From contig JAZQOF010000036.1 of NCBI GenBank assembly GCA_045627785.1, positions 97,630-161,629 on the forward strand: a stretch of DNA of 64,000 nucleotides, read 5' to 3'. The notes under the pieces were generated by a model that was not told where the DNA came from, ran no database searches, and saw only the letters and a list, made by a program, of their open reading frames with translations. This document shows, in pieces, positions 56,457 to 64,000 of the stretch. Positions within the stretch are counted from its first letter, which is position 1. Every line of letters begins with the position of its first letter. The position numbers and the translations under genes are program-made. This stretch comes from Bacteroidales bacterium. GTDB taxonomy: Bacteria > Bacteroidota > Bacteroidia > Bacteroidales > UBA3663.

Positions 56457-58234
56457 TGTTTAAAATATATATACGCATTTTATTGACTTCTTTATTGTTA
56501 TTTGTGGCATTACTTGCTTCGTGTAGAGAAGAAGTCATAGAACCAGATACGCCAGTTACCCCGAATCCACCTGTGCCTGTTGTACCAGTAGATACTATTC
56601 CTGATCCATCAGTCCCAGAAGATACGATACCAGAGATTCCTGATATCCCGGATCCTATTAGATATTCGTTTGTGCTTTCTGCAACGGTGGATGAGTATAT
56701 GGTATGGAATGTTGATGATTCACTCTATGTCCATTCTTCCTTGGAAGATCAGGAAATAAATTTCATAATGCATATTGATAGTATCTCGGATGACAGAAAG
56801 AGCGCATGGTTTTGTGAGATTCTTTCATTCGAACCAACAGATGATATGCAGTGGACTATTTCTCGTCCTGCAATTTGTGAAGATTTTAGCATTCAAGATG
56901 GAACAGAAGAATCATTGCATAAGTTTATAGGATTATCAGATATTTGTTATGGTAAATGTCCACAGATAAATTTCTGTAACAATATACATGTCTTGAGATT
57001 AACATTGCCTGATGGTATTGAGACTGTAGAATGTGTTGGAGGATTTGAAACTTTATTATTTTTGCCTATACCATCTTCTGTTAATGATCAAGTATATCTT
57101 GCAATGCCTGATACTTGTGCAGTTCTTCCTAATCTAGTCCTGAAAAAGGGAGATGGACGAGTTGCAAGAAGTAGAAAAATTAAAGAAGATGACTTGAATC
57201 GAGTAATAAAAGCAAGCCTTGTTGATATTTCTTTAGTTAACCATCAAAAGATTTCTGTCGAGGCAGGAACTCCATACAATGCCTTCTTGCAAGGAAACTT
57301 TAGTGGAATAACTTGGCTAGGTGGTAATAAATATGCGATAGTTGATGACAACGATATTGCTGTAGGAGAAGGTTGGTATTTGTTCGATATCGATATTTCA
57401 AAAGACGGAAAAATAACTAATATAGAAAAAAACGAATTCGTAGGTTCTGGTTTGCCAAATCGCGATCTCGAGGGGATTACATATAATCCGACATCAAAGA
57501 GGATGTTGCTTTCAGGAGAAAAGGATAATGTTATTTCGGAACACCGATTGTCTGGAGAAAGAACAGGAAAATTCCTAAATACGACAATGTTCGAAGCAGC
57601 AAACGAAAATGCAGGGTTGGAGGCGTTGACATATAATGATATTACCAAACAATATTGGACTACAACAGAAGCTGGTATGCCTGGGGATGGAGGAATGGCT
57701 CATCCTATGCGCACAAAGAGAAAATCTAACAAATTACGTTTACAATCCTACCAGGCAGATGGAACACTCGGCAATCAGTTTATTTACGAAACGGATGAAT
57801 ACCAGAAAAAAGAATATGGAGACTCTTATTCTTTTGGCGTATCTGCTTTAAGTGCACTTGATGACGGACGTCTTCTAGTATTGGAAAGAGAATGTCAATT
57901 GGCTTTTGTAGAGAATGGGGAAATTGGTTTTTGTTATGAAAAACTTTTTCTGGTAGATCCTACGAGTTATAAAAATGGTGATAAATTATCTAAAAAACTA
58001 TTGCTTGAGTTGTCAACTTCATTAACTGCATCGAAAAAAACAAATAGTATTAAGGGCGAGTTTACAAATTATGAAGGAATGTGTTTAGGACCATATTTAA
58101 GTGAAGATACGCGAATGCTGTTTTTGGTTTCTGATTCCAGGGCAAACCAAAGCATAGCATATTCGCTTGATTCTAAACCGTATTCTTTCCCAGATGTTTT
58201 CCTCCCAATAGTTCTGAAATTCGAAGATGAGTAA
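56456..58234 (+). CDS. Lipoprotein with Pro-rich linker and C-terminal phytase-like (esterase-like) beta-propeller
   Basis: Lipobox LASC, GNFSGITWLG, DLEGITY, NAGLEALT, GVSAL..LDDGRLLVLER, NYEGMCLGP, VSDS. Confidence 0.8.
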   Translation: MFKIYIRILLTSLLLFVALLASCREEVIEPDTPVTPNPPVPVVPVDTIPDPSVPEDTIPEIPDIPDPIRYSFVLSATVDEYMVWNVDDSLYVHSSLEDQEINFIMHIDSISDDRKSAWFCEILSFEPTDDMQWTISRPAICEDFSIQDGTEESLHKFIGLSDICYGKCPQINFCNNIHVLRLTLPDGIETVECVGGFETLLFLPIPSSVNDQVYLAMPDTCAVLPNLVLKKGDGRVARSRKIKEDDLNRVIKASLVDISLVNHQKISVEAGTPYNAFLQGNFSGITWLGGNKYAIVDDNDIAVGEGWYLFDIDISKDGKITNIEKNEFVGSGLPNRDLEGITYNPTSKRMLLSGEKDNVISEHRLSGERTGKFLNTTMFEAANENAGLEALTYNDITKQYWTTTEAGMPGDGGMAHPMRTKRKSNKLRLQSYQADGTLGNQFIYETDEYQKKEYGDSYSFGVSALSALDDGRLLVLERECQLAFVENGEIGFCYEKLFLVDPTSYKNGDKLSKKLLLELSTSLTASKKTNSIKGEFTNYEGMCLGPYLSEDTRMLFLVSDSRANQSIAYSLDSKPYSFPDVFLPIVLKFEDE

Positions 58235-58266
58235 GGACAAGTATTATTTATAGATTATACCACTTT

Positions 58267-60105
58267 TTACAGCGACTGCATATCGTTCAGTCGCTTGTAA
58301 TAGCCGTTCTTGCCGATGAGTTCTTCGTGTGTACCACGTTCGACTATTTGTCCTTCGTGAAGCACACAGATCTCATCGGCATTTTTTATTGTAGAGAGTC
58401 TATGAGCGATGGCGATTGTGGTGCGGGACTTCATGAGACGTTCGAGGGCTTCCTGAACAAGACGTTCGCTTTCTGTATCAAGTGCGGAAGTTGCTTCGTC
58501 AAGGATAAGAATTGGAGGATTCTTCAATATCGCGCGTGCGATTGAGATGCGCTGTCGCTGACCGCCGGAGAGTCGTCCGCCACGATCTCCAATCATTGTA
58601 TCATAGCCATTTTCTGATTCCATAATGAAGTCGTGTGCATTCGCAATTTTTGCAGCAGCAATGACTTCTTCCATCGTCGCGTTGTCCACGCCGAATGTGA
58701 TATTATTGAAGAATGTATCGTTGAAGAGGATTGCCTCCTGATTTACATTGCCGATTTGTGAACGCAGATCGGCAATTTTTATGTCTTTTACATTCTTACC
58801 ATCAATCATGATGGCGCCACTACTAACGTCATGATAGCGTGGAACGAGATCAACAAGAGTTGATTTGCCAGAACCGGACTGACCGACGAGAGCAATTGTT
58901 TTACCTTTTGGTACAGTCAAGTTGATATTCTTTAAAACCTGAATCTCGCTGTTGGCGTATGAGAAGCAAACGTCACGGAACTCAATACCCTCCTGCATTT
59001 CTCCCAATGCAACAGGAGATGCTGGATCTGTGATGTTGTTGTCGGCTTTCAGGATCATGTCAATGCGATCCATAGATGCAAGACCTTGTGGGATATTGTA
59101 GAATGCTTTCGAGAATTCCTTGAGAGGATTGATTACCGAATACAGAATCACAAGGTAGTAGATGAACATTGCCGCATCAATAGGAGAGTTGTCACTTAAG
59201 ATGAGCCAACCTCCGAAAAGGAGTACGATGACAATGATCACTGTGCCCATAAACTCGCTTGTCGGATGTGCAGAACTCTGGCGTATTGCCATTTCATTCA
59301 TTGCCTTCCGGTACACATCGTTTGTATTGGTAAAGCGTTTCAGCATCTTGTTTTCTGCCAGGAAAGCCTTAATAACGCGTAATCCGCCCAACGTCTCATC
59401 AAGTTCTGTCATAATCTGGCCCCATTGATCCTGCACAAATACAGATTGGCGTTTCAACTTACGACCCACTTCGCCCATGACCCATCCCAAAAGAGGAATT
59501 GCGATAAGTACAAAGAGTGTCATCTGCCAACTCAAAAAGAACATAGTGAAGAAACAGACGAAAATAGCAATAGGACTCTTGATCAGCATATCAACCGAAC
59601 TGGTCAATGCAGTCTCAACCACTTGAACATCCGCACTCATTCGTGCTACAATGTCGCCTTTCCGTTCCTCGCTGAAGAATGCAAGTGGTAAATGCAATAC
59701 CTTCTCATATACTTGTATGCGGATGTCTTTTACGATGCCGGTTCTGAAAGGAACCATGATAGCCGAAGATGCAAAGTAGCTGCCAGTCTTTAATAGTGTC
59801 ATTGTGATAAGAGCATTTCCCATAGCAACTAATGTCCACATCTGTCCGTGAGTAGCAATCAGATCACTAACATACCAGTATGCATTGTTGATCAATGCAT
59901 CTTTGTCGAAGTTCGCCCAATCAATTTCCTGATAAGTGTATATTTTGCGGTCAACCTGGAAAAGTATATTGAGTATTGGTACAAGTGCGGCAAAGGAAAA
60001 AACATTGAGCCACTGACTCAAGAAATTCAGCACAACCGACCAAGCCAGATATTTGCGGTATGGCTTGATGTATCTGCCCATCACTTGGAAAAACTGCTTT
60101 ATCAT
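58267..60105 (-). CDS. ABC exporter, fused TMD-NBD (MsbA-like)
   Basis: Walker A GQSGSGKST, LSGGQRQR, ILILDEATSALD, IAHRL; six-TM N-domain. Confidence 0.93.
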   Translation of the reverse strand: MIKQFFQVMGRYIKPYRKYLAWSVVLNFLSQWLNVFSFAALVPILNILFQVDRKIYTYQEIDWANFDKDALINNAYWYVSDLIATHGQMWTLVAMGNALITMTLLKTGSYFASSAIMVPFRTGIVKDIRIQVYEKVLHLPLAFFSEERKGDIVARMSADVQVVETALTSSVDMLIKSPIAIFVCFFTMFFLSWQMTLFVLIAIPLLGWVMGEVGRKLKRQSVFVQDQWGQIMTELDETLGGLRVIKAFLAENKMLKRFTNTNDVYRKAMNEMAIRQSSAHPTSEFMGTVIIVIVLLFGGWLILSDNSPIDAAMFIYYLVILYSVINPLKEFSKAFYNIPQGLASMDRIDMILKADNNITDPASPVALGEMQEGIEFRDVCFSYANSEIQVLKNINLTVPKGKTIALVGQSGSGKSTLVDLVPRYHDVSSGAIMIDGKNVKDIKIADLRSQIGNVNQEAILFNDTFFNNITFGVDNATMEEVIAAAKIANAHDFIMESENGYDTMIGDRGGRLSGGQRQRISIARAILKNPPILILDEATSALDTESERLVQEALERLMKSRTTIAIAHRLSTIKNADEICVLHEGQIVERGTHEELIGKNGYYKRLNDMQSL

Positions 60106-60108
60106 ATA

Positions 60109-61038
60109 TTATAATGTAATATCAAATTTTTTCAATCTTGCATTTATCATGTCTTCTGGCACTACGTGCTTGATCACATCTGCCACAATGTTCAACATTC
60201 TTTCTCGCATGTAGTCTTTTCTTATGACCAGCGACACTGTGCGGAAGAATTTCGGAGACATAATCATTCTGACATTTTGTTTTTGGTTTTCACTCAATGC
60301 ATTTTCAAATAGTTGAGGAATCAGTGTATAGCCACCGTTCATATCCACCAAAGATATAAGTGTGGAGATGCCTCCTGTCTCAAACATGGAAGAATGCATT
60401 GTTTCACGGTGTATCACCTCGCTAAGTTGTTGGTATCGGTCGTGAAATTCTTTTAAGGTCCATATCTCGCCATCTTGCAAGTCTTGTGGCGTCACACGTT
60501 CTCTGTTATGTAACATGTGAGACGGTGAAACATATAGCAAGAAACGTTCAGTGAAGAGCTCGATCTCCAACAGGTTGCTGTCTTGCACATCACTCGATGC
60601 CAGTAGCGCCATGTCGAGCTCAGCTTTTTGTAGTTTCTCGATTACTGAAACCGCATCAGCTTCGAAAATATGTGTTACGATATGTGGATACATAGTTCGA
60701 GCCTGCTTCGCAAAACTTGGATATAGAGCGGGAGCTAACGATGGTATCATTCCGATTCTCAATTCGCCTTTGTCTCCATCTTTTTCGTTTTGCACGAGTT
60801 CCCGAAGCATCTCAGAGTTGTGCAAAATGACATTTGCCTGAGAGATGATACGTCGCCCGAGGGTTGTCGGTTCTATCGGGTGTTTTGAACGGTCGAAGAT
60901 AATGACATCGATTTCCTGTTCCAACTTGTTTATAGTAGTGCTCAAAGTTGATTGTGTTACGCCACATGCAGTGGCGGCATTGACGAAATGTCGATATTTA
61001 TCAACTGCTACTATGTACTCTAATTGTTGGAATGTCAT
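60109..61038 (-). CDS. LysR-family regulator, OxyR-like but lacking the redox cysteines
   Basis: MTFQQLEYIVAVDKYRHF..AA..CGVTQSTLS..I.KLE HTH typical of Bacteroidetes OxyR. The usual GHC.R.Q....C segment reads FHDRYQQLSEVI. Confidence 0.85.
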   Translation of the reverse strand: MTFQQLEYIVAVDKYRHFVNAATACGVTQSTLSTTINKLEQEIDVIIFDRSKHPIEPTTLGRRIISQANVILHNSEMLRELVQNEKDGDKGELRIGMIPSLAPALYPSFAKQARTMYPHIVTHIFEADAVSVIEKLQKAELDMALLASSDVQDSNLLEIELFTERFLLYVSPSHMLHNRERVTPQDLQDGEIWTLKEFHDRYQQLSEVIHRETMHSSMFETGGISTLISLVDMNGGYTLIPQLFENALSENQKQNVRMIMSPKFFRTVSLVIRKDYMRERMLNIVADVIKHVVPEDMINARLKKFDITL

Positions 61039-61054
61039 GCCTCAATCTAACATT

Positions 61055-61091
61055 ATTGATTTTTATCAATGCAAAGATAGATAAAATCTGT
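61055..61091. promoter_or_regulatory. Candidate operator between the LysR gene and nrdD
   Basis: Palindrome ATTGAT-TTTT-ATCAAT (61055-61070) plus ATAG-N7-CTGT (61077-61091). Overlaps a minus-strand -7 box TATCTTTG (61072-61079). Confidence 0.55.
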
Positions 61092-61122
61092 TTGCTTTGT
61101 TCAAATATCTTCGTTAAATTTG
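61091..61122 (+). promoter_or_regulatory. Bacteroidetes sigmaA promoter of nrdD
   Basis: TTTG at 61091-61094, 20-nt spacer, TAAATTTG at 61115-61122. Confidence 0.75.
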
Positions 61123-61200
61123 CGACCGATTCCTCGAAAATGGAGGAAAATCAGTTTTTTGTCATATAAAATCGAAATAAACTAATAACACAATAAGAAC

Positions 61201-63405
61201 ATGATTATAAAAGTTATCAAACGAGATGGCCGTACGGTTGATTTCAACTTCAGCAAGATTGAAGACGCAATCCGTAAGGCAATGAATGCCACTGAAAGTG
61301 GTATCGATGCAATTCTGGCAGCAACTATTGCCGATAAAATTGCAAAGGAAGGTGATCCTTTGATGGGAGTCGAAGCTATTCAGGATGCTGTCGAGAACGA
61401 GCTCATGAAGGCAAATCAGGAAGTTGCTCGTAAGTATATCTCTTATCGTAATGCAAGAAGCATTGCACGTAAGGCTAAGACACGCGAAATCTTTGAGAGC
61501 ATCATCGGCGCAAAGAATAATGATATCACACGCGAGAATGCAAATATGAATGCCGACACACCAGCCGGTATGATGATGAAGTTCGCAAGCGAGAGCACAA
61601 AGCCTTTCGTAGATGATTATCTTCTCGACGATGAGGTCAAGCAGGCAGTAAAACGTGGTTATATTCACATTCATGACAAGGATTACTATCCAACAAAGTC
61701 ATTGACTTGTGTTCAGCACCCACTCAACACAATTCTTCAGCACGGTCTTAAGGCTGCCCATGCCGAAAGCCGTCCAGCAAAGCGTATTGAAACAGCAAGT
61801 GTTCAGGCTTGTATCTCTCTCGAAACAGCACAGAATGAAATGCATGGTGGACAGGCTATCCCTGCTCTTGATTTCTATTTCGCTCCTTATGTGCGTTTGA
61901 CTTATCTTGAAGAACTCCGTCGTTTGGAGGAATATGAAGGAACAACATTCCCAGAACTCTATAATGAGACAATCAAAGACTATATCAACACACCACTCGG
62001 TGAATTGAAGGGTCAGGATCGTGTACGTCAGCAGGCAATCAATCGTACTGTAGGTCGTGTACATCAGGCAATGGAAGCATTCATCCACAATATGAATACA
62101 ATCCATTCACGAGGTGGTAATCAGGTTGTATTCTCTTCTGTGAACTATGGTACAGATACTTCTGCAGAAGGTCGTTGCGTAATGCGTGAATTGCTTCACT
62201 CTACATACGAAGGTGTAGGTAACCATTCGACTGCAATTTTCCCAATCCAGATCTGGAAGAAGAAGCGTGGTGTTAACTTCCTCCCAGGTGATCCTAACTA
62301 CGATCTCTATCAGCTCGCATGTAAGGTTTCAGCACGTCGTTTCTTCCCTAACTTCGTTAACCTTGACGCTACATTCAACTATCATGAGAAGTGGGATGCT
62401 AACGATCCTAACCGTTTCAATTACGAGGTGGCAACAATGGGTTGCCGTACACGTGTGTTTGAAAACCGTTTCGGTCAGAAGACTTCTATTGGTCGCGGAA
62501 ATCTTTCTTTCACAACAATAAATATTGTGGCTCTTGCTATTGAGTCGATGTCTGAACCAAATCAGGAAAAACGTATCGAAGTGTTCATGCTTCGTCTTAA
62601 TGAGATGTGTGAACTCGTTGCAAAGCAGTTGCATCAGCGCTACGAATTCCAGAAGACCGCCCTCGCAAAGCAGTTCCCATTGGTAATGAGTTGTTTGTGG
62701 ACTGGTGCTGACAAGCTTGGACCAAACGATCGAGTTGAGTCTGTTATCAATCAAGGTACACTCGGTATCGGATTCATCGGTCTTGCTGAATGTCTTATTG
62801 CTTTGACAGGCAAGCATCATGGAGAAAGTGATGAGAGCCAGAAACTCGGCCTTAAGATTATCAGCTTCATGAAGAAGAAGGCAGATGAGTTCTCTGACCG
62901 TTATCAGCACAACTATTCTGTTCTTGCAACTCCTGCCGAAGGACTCTCAGGCCGTTTCACTCGCATCGATAAGAAGCGTTATGGTGTAATTCCAGGTGTA
63001 ACAGACAAGGAGTATTATACTAATTCTAACCATGTGCCTGTTTACTATAAGTGCAGCATCCGTCATAAGGCAGAGGTTGAGGCTCCATATCATGATCTTA
63101 CTCGTGGTGGACATATTTTCTATGTAGAGCTCGATGGCGATGCAACTCACAATCCGGATGCTATCTTCAAGGTTGTTGAGCTTATGGACGAATTGAACAT
63201 CGGTTATTGTTCAGTTAATCACAACCGAAACCGTTGTATGGATTGCGGTCACGAAGATGCAACAGAAGATCTCAAGGCTTGTCCTGAGTGCGGTAGCCTT
63301 CATATCGACCGTTTGCAGCGCATTACAGGTTACCTCGTAGGAACAACAGATCGTTGGAATTCAGGTAAGCTTGCCGAACTCAAAGACAGAGTAACACATT
63401 CGTAA
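61201..63405 (+). CDS. nrdD: Anaerobic (class III) ribonucleoside-triphosphate reductase
   Basis: ATP cone VIKRDG, HIHD, GGQ, MGCRT, YYTNS, Zn motif CMDC...CPEC, glycyl-radical motif RITGYL. Confidence 0.96.
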   Translation: MIIKVIKRDGRTVDFNFSKIEDAIRKAMNATESGIDAILAATIADKIAKEGDPLMGVEAIQDAVENELMKANQEVARKYISYRNARSIARKAKTREIFESIIGAKNNDITRENANMNADTPAGMMMKFASESTKPFVDDYLLDDEVKQAVKRGYIHIHDKDYYPTKSLTCVQHPLNTILQHGLKAAHAESRPAKRIETASVQACISLETAQNEMHGGQAIPALDFYFAPYVRLTYLEELRRLEEYEGTTFPELYNETIKDYINTPLGELKGQDRVRQQAINRTVGRVHQAMEAFIHNMNTIHSRGGNQVVFSSVNYGTDTSAEGRCVMRELLHSTYEGVGNHSTAIFPIQIWKKKRGVNFLPGDPNYDLYQLACKVSARRFFPNFVNLDATFNYHEKWDANDPNRFNYEVATMGCRTRVFENRFGQKTSIGRGNLSFTTINIVALAIESMSEPNQEKRIEVFMLRLNEMCELVAKQLHQRYEFQKTALAKQFPLVMSCLWTGADKLGPNDRVESVINQGTLGIGFIGLAECLIALTGKHHGESDESQKLGLKIISFMKKKADEFSDRYQHNYSVLATPAEGLSGRFTRIDKKRYGVIPGVTDKEYYTNSNHVPVYYKCSIRHKAEVEAPYHDLTRGGHIFYVELDGDATHNPDAIFKVVELMDELNIGYCSVNHNRNRCMDCGHEDATEDLKACPECGSLHIDRLQRITGYLVGTTDRWNSGKLAELKDRVTHS

Positions 63406-63430
63406 ACTATTATCTATTAAGATACTTGTT

Positions 63431-63476
63431 GCATAGCCGGTTTGTCATAAGATAAACCGGCTATGCTTGTTTATTT
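63431..63476 (+). terminator. Intrinsic terminator after nrdD
   Basis: GCATAGCCGGTTTGTC-ATAA-GATAAACCGGCTATGC stem followed by TTGTTTATTT. Confidence 0.9.
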
Positions 63477-63517
63477 ACTTTTTTGTTGCAAACGGCACGT
63501 TTCTCGATTATTATTTA

Positions 63518-63525
63518 TATCTTTG
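63518..63525 (+). promoter_or_regulatory. -7 promoter box for ftsY
   Basis: TATCTTTG followed by CA, 22 nt before the ATG; no clear -33 TTTG at normal spacing. Confidence 0.5.
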
Positions 63526-63547
63526 CACAAAAATAATCAAAACGAAT

Positions 63548-64000
63548 ATGGGATTTTTTGATTTTTTCAAGAAGAAAGAGAAAGAAACATTAGATAACGG
63601 TCTCAACAAGACAAAAGAGGGTATTTTTTCAAAGATTGCACATGCTGTTGCAGGTCGTAGCTCAATCGACGAAGAAGTACTCGACAATCTTGAAGAGATC
63701 CTTGTGACAAGTGACGTAGGTGTTGAGACAACACTCCGAATCATTGACAGAGTTCAGGAGCGTGTCAAGAAAGATAAATATGTAGGTACTGACGAACTCA
63801 ACGAATTGCTTCGCGAAGAGATAACCAACCTTCTGGTGGAGAATCAACGAGAGGAACTCGATGGTTTCAATGTGCGAGACGGTATCAAACGTCCGTATGT
63901 GATTCTGGTAGTAGGCGTAAACGGTGTAGGCAAGACTACCACAATCGGAAAACTCGCTTATCAGTTCAAGAAAGCTGGCAATAAGGTTGTGCTTGGTGCT
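63548..64000 (+). CDS. ftsY: Signal recognition particle receptor FtsY (3'-truncated by window edge)
   Basis: Not in the ORF track because it has no stop. ATG 63548 reads MGFFDFFKKKEKETLD.GL.KTKE...LEEILVTSDVGVETT...VGVNGVGKTTTIGKLA. Confidence 0.95.
   Translation, partial: MGFFDFFKKKEKETLDNGLNKTKEGIFSKIAHAVAGRSSIDEEVLDNLEEILVTSDVGVETTLRIIDRVQERVKKDKYVGTDELNELLREEITNLLVENQREELDGFNVRDGIKRPYVILVVGVNGVGKTTTIGKLAYQFKKAGNKVVLGA

Noticed and set aside
61123-61200. Riboswitch or attenuator in the nrdD leader
   Set aside because: The leader is about 75 nt, too short for a cobalamin riboswitch. Only a weak TTCCTC/GAGGAA hairpin is present.
215-63847. Numerous 60-190 aa antisense or alternate-frame ORFs in the track
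   Set aside because: They overlap well-supported genes and show no recognisable motifs; treated as shadow ORFs.

Overview
Bacteroidales (Prevotella/Bacteroides-like) chromosomal window, almost all coding on the + strand. (1) 1-13.6 kb: core xylan-utilisation locus (SusC-SusD-SusC-SusD, a lipoprotein, and a GH10 xylanase whose catalytic barrel is split by four CBM4-like repeats), then an intrinsic terminator and an unexplained array of three 42-bp hairpin units. (2) 14.0-21.3 kb: an operon of a stand-alone DUF3857-like protein plus two copies of a membrane protein (DUF6057-like) and CxxCH-bearing TolB-like beta-propeller lipoprotein pair, function unknown. (3) 21.5-58.2 kb: an AT-rich Wzx/Wzy surface-polysaccharide locus with an ops-like leader. 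It holds glycosyltransferases, WecA, an acyl-building cassette (FabH, two ACPs, SDR, PanB, ThDP enzyme, AMP ligase, LuxE, LuxC, DUF4910), nonulosonate genes, several modification enzymes and a CotH kinase, stalk and putative pseudokinase trio. (4) 58.3-64 kb: MsbA-like ABC transporter, an OxyR-like LysR regulator lacking its redox cysteines divergent from nrdD, and the start of ftsY. I recognised no rRNA, tRNA, CRISPR array or mobile element. Family calls come from motif recognition by eye, not database searches.
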